From NCBI RefSeq assembly GCF_009834535.1, contig NC_045697.1:91266001-91330000 (forward strand): a DNA stretch of 64,000 bases, written 5' to 3'. The position numbers were made by a program, and so were the translations under genes. Shown piece by piece: positions 50,571 through 61,939 of the stretch. The notes under the pieces are model-generated. The model was not told where the DNA came from. It did not search any database and saw only the letters and a program-made list of their open reading frames with translations. Within the stretch, counting starts at the first letter, position 1; every line of letters begins with the position of its first letter. Origin of the DNA: Camelus ferus (lineage: Eukaryota).

Positions 50571-50929
50571 CATTTTAGCGGTGGATTTCTAGAAAAGATG
50601 CTTTCATCTTTTATTGTTCAAATATAGACTCTCAATCTGGCCAAGGGAGGATGCTGTGGTGATAAGTAGCAGTACAATGTAGTTCCTTGAAGTCGTGACA
50701 GAGTAAGGAACAGGTTTATGAGAAGCAGAATTAGATAGACTTTAATGTTTCTCTATAATTGTGGACCCAACAGATAGAAAGAATAGGAAGCAAAAATTCA
50801 GGATGAGATGAAACAATAAATAGTTTAATCCAAGCAAATGGTGTAGTCACCTGAGTAGAATTAACCAGGCTTGAAAATTAGATAATGATACGATTTGGAT
50901 TTAGGGATATGGGCTAATATGACCACTTC

Positions 50930-52921
50930 TGATTAGATATCTATTGCTATATAACAAATTACCCCCCAAATTTATAGTAACAACAATATAAAGGTTTGTT
51001 ATCTCATTCAGTTTCTGTGGGCCAAGAGTTTGGGAGCAACTCAGTGGGTTTTATTTTTTGAGCAGGAAGGGACTGCTTAGTTTTTGGTTTTGTTTTTAAT
51101 ATTTTTAAGGTTTAAAAAGTGTTAAAAGTCTTAATTCCCAGTGGGAAAACAATATCTGAATGGATACCCTAAAGGCAAACCACTATAAAATATTTCAGTT
51201 GCATGTGGGGCAGAGGGGTAGCGATTATCTTCAAAGCACCTCAGCTGTCTTCAGGAGAAGGTCAAAGGTACACTGGTTTGTATTATTGGGACATCCATGA
51301 GGATGTTGCCTTTCCTTCAGCATGGTCTTGATTTGTCAGAAGGACATTACATTTGACCTTCAAATTTGGCCGACAATTTACTGATGAGATTCAAAACATT
51401 CAGGTTACTGTGATATTTCGACATATTTGCCAGGTTCTGGGTCATGTCCTGAAAGACCACCATAACTTCTGGATCTTGCCTGGCTGTAAGGACCTCTGGG
51501 TCACTAAGAATTTCATTGAGCCCAGGCATTCCTGCCATTCCAGGCATTCCCTTTCCCATTCCAGGCATTCCTCCAGGAAAATTACCATGCTTTGCCCCAG
51601 GAAAGCCACCTGGAAAGCAGCCTACTGAGATCTAGATAGTCTCAGGCTTCTGCCTCCCTCTGGGCTCTCCATTGTTCTTCCAAAGCCTTCTTAACCCTTT
51701 CTGTTCTTTCTTAGATCTCTCGCTCCTCACAGTTTCACTTATACTCTCTCTCCGACATTCAGCAATTTTCCGGATTTTGGTTGAACTTCCAGCATTGCAC
51801 TACCATCTTCATCATAATCCAGTTTACAAGCAAGGGCAAGATCATGGGCTGCTTCTTCCCAATGGCCCAGAAGTCTGTGTGCTTTCCCTCCCCACCTGTA
51901 AGGCTGAGCTGAATTAGGATTTATTTTAATATCTCTGTCCCAGTCCTGGATGGAAGCATCCGGCTTCTGTAATTTGGTGAAGACACTGGCTCTCTCGGCA
52001 TACAGAATGGCCAAGTGAGGATTCAGCTTGATGGCTATGTGAAGAAGTCAGTGGCTTTCTGTAGTTCACCATCACTTAGGGCACCAATGGCAGCCACATT
52101 TTTATCACCTGCCTGATCCAGCATCTCCTCAGTTATCTCTACATTTTCTTTTCCTATTTGTTGAGGGACATCAGCGTCTGGTTCAATTACACCTTCAAAT
52201 TCCAGATCACTTGCCTCTCCGGATGGTTCGTCTGTCTTCAGGTTTTCCTCTGCCTTCTCACTGTCTGCTTTTCCTTCCTTGGTGTGTTCTGATTTAGTTT
52301 ATGAGTGGCAGGTGATATTTCACCCCCACCACCTTCCCCACCTTGCTCTCTGCCCACTCCCTCAGGAAGTGCATTTCCTTGGTGTGCAGGATGCTGGGAT
52401 CCTGTTGACATATTTTCACAAAGGCTTGAAATTCGCTCACTTCTCTGGGGTCCACTGGTCTGGAAGCTGAGCCTGGCTTCCAGGCTCGCCGCTACCTCAG
52501 AGACCACGTAGAAGGGTGGGGCTGCTTAGTTTTCAGTTGAGGTCTCTTATGAAGTTGCAAAGTTTTGGTCAGGGCTACATTATCTGAAGGGTGACTGGGG
52601 CTGAAGGATCTGTGTCCTAGGTGGGTGATTCACATGCATGGCAAGTTAACGCTGGCTGTTGGTAGGACTCAACTACCAATCTACTCACATAGATTATTCC
52701 ATGGGTGCATGAGTAGCTGTTCCTCCACAACAAACAATCCAAGAGTATGCAAGGTAGAAGAAGCAATGTCTTTTATGACCGAGCTTCAGAAGTCACTCTC
52801 CATCATTTCCGCAATATCCTATTGGTTACAGGCCAGCCTCATTCAGAGTAGAAGTGTCTACCCAGAGGACTGACTTACAGGAGGGGAGAATCATTGGAGG
52901 CCATTTAGCAGGCTGGTGTCA
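50930..52921 (-). mobile_element. MLT1 (F/G/H-like) MaLR LTR split by the ST13 retrocopy (arms ~50930-51050 and ~52534-52921)
   Basis: 'ctattgctatataacaaattacccc...tttctgtgggccaagagtttgggagc' resumes as 'ggtctcttatgaagttgca...atctgaagg..gactggggctgaaggatc...gaatcattggaggccat'. Confidence 0.75.
51085..52517 (-). pseudogene. ST13: Processed pseudogene of ST13 (Hsc70-interacting protein, Hip)
   Basis: Intronless. Translated fragments match Hip: N-terminus [34 protein letters not shown] (start codon now GTG at 52455), TPR region [17 protein letters not shown]...[28 protein letters not shown], and GMP repeats with the STI1 domain [11 protein letters not shown]...QDPEVMV...LISKLSAKF (stop 51347). 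Frameshifts and an early stop at 52294-52296; UTRs, degenerate A-tail and TSD present. Confidence 0.96.
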
Positions 52922-55889
52922 ACTCCCTCTTTAAGTTTTGGAGTTTATGACATATTTAGAATATAAAGGGACTCTGTGGTAGTGATGTTATGAGAAAAAT
53001 TCCTCTAGATATTTGTGGCTCCAGATTTCATATGCAAATCAACCAGCTTCAGAAGATACACTCAAAAGAACATGAGAAAATAAACTTTTTTAAAGCAATA
53101 AGCATTTTTTTTTAACATTGGGAGAGTTTACAATTAAATAAAGAAATATTTTAAAAATCAAACACATTGTATTAGTATTTTTGTGTAAAGGAATCTATGT
53201 ATTTAGTATTTTACATATTTATAATGTTTAAGAGAATATGACCTATTAGGATAACATATTATATGTGTAATGCTTATTTAAAATGTGGAGCTAAGTAATT
53301 GATTTACATTTTTTATTTTAAGTGGAAATTTTTCAAATATAAATGCAGTATTAAACATTTAAAAGAACTTAAAATTAATGTATATATAAGATTAATTTAT
53401 TAGTTATATATGAATCACTTGAGTATGTGGAAAATGTTTTTTGGTTTTTTGTTTGTTTTTGTTTGTTGTTTTGGTTTGACAAATGAAGAACTTGAAAAAG
53501 TGACTATATTAAATTTATAAGGCAGTTAAAATATTTAAAGTAGGTTAATTAAGTAAATTTGTAAATGTGATCAAACATTAATCAAAAGTCCCCTCAGGAG
53601 GGATTGTTTACATTTCCCTGTATTTATAAAGTTTTATAAACTTACAAGCTTACAGAAAAATCACCCTGGGTTCTGATTTTGTAAAGTCAAATATTAATTT
53701 TTCAAAACCAAAGTAACTTTTGAATAATTTTCCTATGCACAAAAGTCGACCTTGAGTAAATAGATGCACTTGGATGGCAGGTGGAGAAGAAAGAAGAGAG
53801 ATTTTGGCTGATGGGTCAAGCCCTGCCTGTATAAGTTTGGGCCTGACTCTTGCTCCTGCCTGATGGCTGAGCTGGTCCACCGGGATAAGCTCCTGGCTGC
53901 CAGGGCCAGAGGGTGGGGGAAGGGGGCAGGGAGCCAGATTTCTGCCTGGGTCGTCTGTCCCTGCCTCCCACCCCCTTAATCTCACTGTGCTCTGTGCACG
54001 TAATAAGTGCGGCACTGGCCTTAATACCAATTCACAGCGTGATTCTTGCTCTCTCCAAAGAAGCTGAGCACATGGTATAATGGTCTTTATTAACTTGCTC
54101 TTTTATTGTCCAAGGGACTTCTAGCTGACCTGCAGGACTAATTGTGGCTGTTATTAAGCAAAGAGTACAGTAAAAAATATCAGAGGGTTCTGGACATAAA
54201 AGCTGCAAATTCACCATATAGTAGTAATATGATTTATTGATATTAAACAAAAATATAGCCAAACATCGATGAATATGGGGTAGGAGAGTCTCACATTTAG
54301 CTTTTGGTTGTAATACTGAAATTTTAAATTTACTATGACTGATCTAATGCCTGAACCCCCTACCTAGCTGAGTTGTGGGCAGGAGTGCTCTTAAATTTCC
54401 CATTAACTGTATTTTGTGTCTTCCATCAAAATTCAACTCCCAGTTCGTGCTCTTTGCCTGGCATGGCATCTAGGTGCCTGAGGAGAGCCTCAGAAGTCCG
54501 GTCCTGAGTGCCAGAGCCAGGGGCCTCATTGACACGGGGGGGCCTGCTCTTCAAAATGGGGCCTGCCCAGTGCCTGGCCCTGCTGCCCTTCGTGTGGGTT
54601 TTAGCATCCACTGCTGTTGGTGAGCTGCCACAACCCCACTTAGTCCCAGCATCTCCCTGGAGGCCTCCTCTTCCCCATCCAGACCCTGCCCTTCCAGCCA
54701 CCCAGCGCACACCTTCCACACAGCGCCTCCCAGGAGCGGCGCTGCTGCCTCCACCCTCCACTGCTCCTGGCACTGTCAGTGGCCAGCCTGCCTAGCCAGG
54801 GGTTTCCAGCTGATCAACAGCACTCTAAGGCTTTGCTTTCCTAATAGGGGATGCAGACTGTTTATAGGCTCTTGACTTGACAAAACCTACCCGAATTTTC
54901 CCTCCCCAACTTCATCTTCCTGCCTTGGCTGTAAAACGTGCTCTGTCTGTGGTCCCTTAGCATTTTTCTGTTTAACACAGGCAAAAGGCACTCTGCTCAT
55001 CTGCTCTTGCCATTCCTGACATCCCAGCCGCACTCCTCCCCTGCTGGGGCTTGGGCAGTGTGCCCAGCCCCCACTTTTCCTACCTCTGTCTTCCCTCTCC
55101 TTCCCATAGTCCTCACAGCCTGGCAGTAGGGATGTCTTTTCTCTGGACACAAGCACCAAGGCACACGTGTGATGGCCAAGGAGGGGTCTTCACTTTATTA
55201 CGCAAGAAGGTATGATCTGAGTCCATCATGTGAGTGGAGAAAGATCAAAATTAGGTCATATACTGGGGGCAAAAGTATGTTGGTATTATATATGCACTTA
55301 TATTTCAATTGGAACAAACTTTACTTATTGTTAATTGGATATTTGAGAGGGTAGGAATGGGGAATTATATTTGACAATGAGGTACTGTCTTACTGGTATG
55401 TGCAAAATATTGAATCATGTCTATAAGGAACCAACACATCAGAGGAAGAGAAAAACATTTACAAGTATCTTCAGTAGAAGCCAGAAGATGACAAATACTA
55501 TAAAGGAACTTCCAACAGAGTACCACAGAAGCCTGCAGAGGAGTGGGAGGAATTCTGAATGGCTGGATCCAGAAGGCTTCAAGGAGCTGCTAAAACTTCT
55601 GAGGCCTGGTCATGGTCTATTGGCAGAGATTAACATATTTTATAGAAAAGGTGATGTTGAAGCTAAACTTTCAAAGGCATGTGCGATTTCAACAAGCAGA
55701 GACAGAATAAGAGAAAAAGGGATTTCCAGAAAAGGGGAAGCATGAATTTCAAGGACACAAATGGTTCCTTTCCCTTTCTCCTCCCAGGTCTACTTTACCC
55801 ACGTGGTTTCTATAAAAATCGTCTTCTTGGTACCATATGGTCACATGGTTTTTGTAAGAATCATCATCTGACCACATAATACTGATTGA

Positions 55890-56280
55890 TGTTGGGGAAT
55901 TCTGACTCAACAGGCCTCTCAGTTCTTTCTTGGGAATTTGGAATTGAAGCTAAGAAAAAAAGTAATCAATTTCTCTTGGTTATCAGAAGTTAAACTTTGA
56001 ACCTTGAGAAATGTAGGAAGAGAGACAAAATGAGATAGAAAAAAAGGAAGAGTGAGAAGAAGAAAAATAAATGAAGCTGATACAGAGGGAAAACAGGCAT
56101 CACAGAGCAAGAACCCTGGTGACCTTTGTGTCTCTGTTGTTGGATGTTCCTGAGGCTCAGCTGTATTTCTGTTCTTGGGGTCCCTGAAATATAGTGGTAT
56201 CTCTGTGGTAAATTTCTTCCTCCTTGAGCTAAACTGAGTTTTCTGGATGTTGTTTCTGTTGTTGTTTCTTGGTAACCAAC
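55890..56280 (+). mobile_element. Old ERVL-type LTR remnant (LTR16/LTR33-like)
   Basis: 'gttcctgaggctcagctg...aaatttcttcctccttgagctaaactgagtt...gtttcttggtaaccaa'. Confidence 0.5.
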
Positions 56281-56731
56281 TGTGTTAGCTTCCTTGGGCC
56301 GCTGAAACAAGTTGTCACAAACCTGATGGCTTAAAACAACAATCTATTCTTTCACAGTTCTGGAAGGTGTAAGTCCCCAGTCAAGGTGTCAGTCGTGCTG
56401 TGCTCCTGCTAAAGGTTCCAGGGAAGAATGCTTCCTTGACTCTTCCTAGCTTCTGGTGGCTACGGGCAACCCTTGGCATTCCCTGGCTTATAGCTGCATC
56501 ACTCTCATTTCTGCCTCCCTTTTCACATGGGCATCTTTTCTCTGTGTGTCTCTCTGTGTCCTCATATGGCCTTCTCATAAGGACACCAGTCACTGGATTT
56601 AGGGCCCTTACTAATCCAGCAAGATCGCATCCTAACTAATTATATCTGCAAAGACTCTATCTCATAACAAGGTTACAAGGCGAGGGTCCAGGTAGACATG
56701 AATTCTGGGGGACACTATTCAACCCAGTATA
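56281..56731 (-). mobile_element. MLT1C/D-type MaLR solo LTR
   Basis: 'tgtgttagcttcc...ggcttaaaacaaca...tcacagttctggaagg...ataaggacaccagtca...ggggacactattcaaccca'. Confidence 0.88.
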
Positions 56732-56789
56732 CCGGTTCAACACCCAAAGGCACTGGGGCTGTTCAGGCTACATCTAGAGCCAGGTTCTT

Positions 56790-57295
56790 GAGGACCTGGC
56801 ATGCTGCGCTGAGGATGCTGAGGTTTGCTCTTTACCCAAAGAGGAGGCATTGAAAAGCTCTACGCAGGAGAGAGTCATGGTCAGAATTTCACAGAGGATT
56901 GCTTTGGTCACAATGTGTAAAGTAAATTCGAGCAGGGAGGGCTAATGAGGAAAGAAAACCAGTTTTACCTTTGGATAGAACTGTGGAAGGTAATACGGTC
57001 TGGCGTCAGGATAGATGGTAGAGGATGAGGAGGAAGGGACAAGTGGGAGACTCACTGCAAATTCAGAGTTAACCGGACTCGGCAATTAATGTCTGATGGG
57101 TGGGAGGAAGTGAGTGAAGAAGGAGAATAGTCTTGGTGGACTGTACCATATAGGTGGTCCATGAACATCACTGAGTAGTTGCCAAGTGGGAGACAGTATT
57201 ACCCAGAGGGCTGGGATTAAAGAGAAGATTAAGGTTTGAGGATCCCACGGGGGTGGACCCCAAAGACATGAGCGAACAGTGAGTTGGACGTAAGC
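56790..57295 (-). mobile_element. L2 fragment
   Basis: 'ggaggcattgaaaag...gcaggagagagtcatggtcaga...' degenerate antisense L2. Confidence 0.5.
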
Positions 57296-59218
57296 TCTTT
57301 CAGTTGGGATTCCCTCCATGAAAATGATTCCCTGTTTGTATAAGAGGATTCCATGGCATAGTCCTTACCTGTTTTTGCTTTTGTAGTTAAAAATAGTCTT
57401 TACATACATCTGTGTCTTTGTCTGGGTAACATATTCTTAATTTTAATAGATATTGCCAAGGTTACTTTCTTAAAAGGCTATACCAGTCCACTTTTCTACT
57501 GGCATTGTATGAGAGTCCACTTTCTTCCCTATTCCCACGATTAGTAGGTATTTCCCTCCTTAATGTTTGCTATTTGAAAATATGACTTCTTTTAATGGCT
57601 GCAAAACATTCCACCATATCAACATACCATAAATTACTTAAACATTTTCCTATTTTTGGACATTAGATTGTTGCCCATTTTTTGCTATAATAAAATTAAT
57701 CACCCAGAAATGGGCATTTTTATACATATATTTTTATTCATTCAATGATACTTACAGTGATTGTTATAATTTGAAAGAAGTTTCCACAGGCTCTTTGTTT
57801 TGTTGTTTTTGTTCCTGTGTGCCTTTCTTTCATTTCAATAATAATATTTTAGTTGGACAGGAAGGGGGATGAGAAAGGGAAGAGGTTAAAACAAATAGAT
57901 TTTTCACTGTCCTTGAATTTCTATTTATAAGTGCTATTCCTGTCCTTCATTACCAAAGTGATCTAGAATTGCTATTAAGCCATTATTAATTCTCTAATTT
58001 TACCTTATTGCATAAATGAAGTTTCTTATTTTATGGAGGGAAGAACAAATGCAAGAGTATCTTAGCGCTGTCTGTAATCTACAAAAGCAGCTTGACTCTT
58101 TATTTTCTTAGATATAGAAAATTCTGAAAAGCATCAACCTTTTCTTGCCAGATGGAAAAAAAATATAAGATTTAAATCTTGACACCATGAGTGGTATATA
58201 TATTATAATATATGATTGGAAAAATAAACGTCCTTTTCTGTATTCTTCCCCCTTAAACTTTAGCCATTAGAGTCAGAATGCTTCGATTGCAGAATTCTCA
58301 CTTGAGCAAGGTTTTTATATAACATTATTCATATTCTTGGCCTTGGATGCCAATTAAGTCCCTCAAGTCTAAAATTGCTTTGTTTGCTTTTTAAGGAAAT
58401 CTGCCCACCTTACAGACCTACAAGTTAACTAACCAGCCTGTTCCTCCCGCCCCCTCCCCCCCACCCCAGGACTTTGCTCTGTTGGTTTCCTGCCAGCTCT
58501 TACTTTCAAATTGAAATAGTTCAGTTTCTCTGTTTCTAGAACATAGAATTCATTACTCCTGGATTTTTGCCAAGAATGTCCCTCTCATGTTTTTAAAACT
58601 AAGATGAATGTTTCAGAATGACCTAGTGGGCTTGACCCACGATTAGAAGTCAGTCAGTGATATATTAGATGTCTGCGTGGATGCTCTGTTCTGCGTAGTG
58701 GGGCTGCTGGGGGAATGGGACTCTGGGAGGGTGGGGAGGGCACTGGGGTGAAGCCTTGGGACTGGAGTGGAGAAATATGTGTGAGAGATTAGGTAAGATT
58801 TGGCTGACGTGAGGCAAGACTCAGATTCTTCCCCTGCCCTCAGGGCCCTGGTGAGTCTCTACCATGGAAAGGGCATAGTCATTAATTCCTTTTGGCCATC
58901 TGGATAGAAAACAGAAAGCCAGGTGACAGAGAATATTTATAAAGGGCTCTAGGAAGGACCACTCCATTTTTTTTTTTCTTCCTGATTTTCGAGGCTTCTT
59001 TTCTCTTCTTACACTTGCAACCCTGCTTAGCTGCTTGTTTCTACTAGTACTGAAAAGAGCAACAGAGCAGAAGGTATACATCTGCATAACCTTAGGCCAG
59101 ATGAATTTTTCATTCCTGTTGCTCTGTTGAATGACATAGGGAAGTTTCTTTACCTTTTAGGTTACTTTCTAGGAATATGTTAGTGTTTACATTCTTTTCT
59201 CTTCCAATTGGCTATATA

Positions 59219-60480
59219 TTTTTAAATTAAACTTTTCATTTTGAGATAATTGTTAATTAACAGACCGTTGTAAGAAATACCACTGAAAGGTCCTATGTAC
59301 CCTTAACCCAGTTTCCCCCAATAGTAACATTTTGGGAAATTCCAGCACAACATCATTGTAGGATACATTCATGTGCAATATCATTGACATTGATACACTC
59401 AAGATATATATCATTTCCATCCCCACAAGAATCCCTCATGTTGCCTTTTGTAGTCACATACACTCCCCTCCTCTGACTCCCGCATTATCCGTTATTAATC
59501 ACTTATGTATTCTCCATTTCTAACATTTTGTCATTTCAAGAATGTAATGTAAATTAAGTCATACAGTATGTAACCTTTTGATATCGGCTTTTAAAACTCA
59601 GTGTAAATTCTTAGAGATTTGTGGATGTATCAATAGTTCTTTCTTTTTTTTTTTTTATAATTGCTGAGTAATATTTCATGGTATGGATGTACTGCAGTCT
59701 GTTTACTACTCACTCATTGAAAGACATCTGGGTTGTTTCCAGTTCTTGGCTACTATGAGTAAAGCTGCTATGAACATTTGTGTACAAGCTTTTATGTGAA
59801 CATAAGTTTTCATTTCTCTAGGATAAATGCCCAAGAGTGCAATTGCTGGGCCTTGTGGTAGTTGCATGTTTAGTTTTATAAGAAACTGCCAAACTGTTTT
59901 CAAGAATGGCTGGACCGTTTTACATTCCCACCAGCAATGTATGAGCAATCCAGTTTCTCCACATCCTTGCCAGCATTTGGTGTTAACCACTATTTTTTTT
60001 TTAATTTTAGTCATTTTGATAATAGTGTAGTGATATCTCATTGTGGTTTAAATCTGCATTATTTTCCTGATGGATATGATGTTGAACATCTTTTCAAATG
60101 CTTATTTGCCATCTGTATATCCTCTTTGGGAAATGTGTTCATGGTTTTTGCCCATTTTCTAATTGAATTGTTTGAGTTTTTAAAATTGTTGAGTTTTGAG
60201 TGTTCTCCATATACTAGTTTTTTGTTGAATATGCGGTTTGCAAATATTTTCTCCCAGTCTGTAGCTTGATATTTTGTCCTCTTAACAGGGTCTTTTGGAG
60301 AGAAAATTTTTAATTTTGAGAGACCCAGTATACTTGGGTCTTTCCTTCTATGAATTCTGCTGTTGATGTCAAGTGTAAGAACTCTTTGCCTACCCCTAGA
60401 TCCTAAAGACTTTCTTCTGTATTTTTTCCTCAAGGTTTTATAGCTTTACATTTTACATTTAAGTCCATGCCACATATTTT
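59219..60480 (-). mobile_element. L1 (L1MB/MC-like) ORF2 C-terminus + 3'UTR
   Basis: Minus ORFs 59706-60041 (KCWQGCGE...HCWWECK...AIALLGIYPREMKTYVH...MFIAAL) and 60059-60433 (DWEKIFAN...IRKWAK...[14 protein letters not shown]) are L1 ORF2p. Confidence 0.92.
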
Positions 60481-60664
60481 TATGTAACTGTTTAGATCTC
60501 TGACGTCTGAAATAAGCCTTAGCATGTGAAACCCTTTTGCCCTCATTTTCTTTCTCAGGCATCTACTGAGCACCAACTGTGACTCAACTCACTGACACCA
60601 AGTCATGGATACGATTACTGATGGGTAAATGATTCTGACTTTGTAATGAGTCAGTCAGGTGACG

Positions 60665-60920
60665 TGCTGAAAAGCATGAGGTCTGGAGGCAGACTGTTTG
60701 GGTTCAAATCCTGGTGCCACCTCTCAAGAGTTTCATGATCTTTAGCAAGTGACTTAATCCCCCTAAACATCAATTTTTCACATCATTCAGAGTTGGATGA
60801 AAATAACCATAATACCTACTTCTCAGGATTGTTGTGTGTGAGCAGAAAATGAAATATTATGTATCAGATGCTTAGTGCAGTACCTGGCATACGCACAGAG
60901 AACATTTAATAAGTGTGAGT
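60665..60920 (+). mobile_element. MIR
   Basis: 'tctggaggcagactgtttgggttcaaatcctgg...gcaagtgacttaa...aatacctacttctcaggattgttgtg...gtacctggcata'. Confidence 0.85.
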
Positions 60921-61939
60921 TTTCCTGCTTCCTGTTCCCCGTGCAAAGTCTCCAGGCAACTTCCCCAACTCAAAGTCTTCCCCACAGTCTCCATTTCTTT
61001 CTTTCTACCTCTTCTGGTCTTAATTATTCTACCTCTTTTATGAAACTTTCTTAACCTATTTCAGCATTTGATAGAATTTCCTATCTTCAAATTATTATGA
61101 TATTTATATATGTGGTCAGGTTACCTTTACTGTTTCATATATCTATTATGTATCTCCCCAAATACATATCTGCTTGAGGGTATGCTCCCAGCCCTCCAGA
61201 GTCTAGTTCTATACTGGGTAATTGCCAAGTACTCAGCAAGTCCCCAATATACTGATAGTGAGGAATCTAAATTACAGCATGTTTCATTGCAAGCAATTTG
61301 ACAAAATGAACCCAAAGCCTTTGGCCTAGTAATTTACATTTTCAAAATCTATCCTAAGAGTGGTCAAAGAGTTAAACAAAGATTTGTGCATAGGAATATT
61401 TCTTACAGCCATTTTTTCGTAAAAGTGTGGATTTAGAAAAACATAAATGTGTAAATAAAGAATCAGGAATCATGAGGATTCCATTATATGGTGGAATGTT
61501 GCACTATAAATAAAAATTCCATTTGCCTAATCATGGATTATAGAGCTATAAGGATATTCACTAAAGCATTCTTTATATTAGTAAAAAAGATAAAAATAAT
61601 TAGCAAAAAGAAAAACATAGAAATAACCTAAACCTCCAACTATATGGACAAATTAAATACTGTCACAAAACAGAATTATACTGTGATCCCATTTGTCTAA
61701 AAAAAAGTATGTATATATAGATACACACACACACAAATATACAAAAGACAGAAAAAAATACATTCCAAAATTTTAGTGGTAATTATCTTTGAGTAATAGC
61801 TTTTTGGTGATTTTAATTTTAATTTTGGCTTCTCTAAAACATACTATTTATTACTTTTAGTATAAGAAAATAAGGATGAAAGTTATAATCTGTTTTTTAA
61901 ATGGTTCTTTGGAGACTATTTAATTACATGAATATATTG

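Noticed and set aside
53090..53730. Very AT-rich block as a distinct element
   Set aside because: No terminal repeats or family could be recognised; it may be a decayed DNA transposon or low-complexity sequence
54426..54800. CpG island or promoter
   Set aside because: GC-rich but with sparse CpGs, and too short
55371..55745. 124-aa ORF
   Set aside because: TTG start, no recognisable homology or splice context, and partly L2-like sequence
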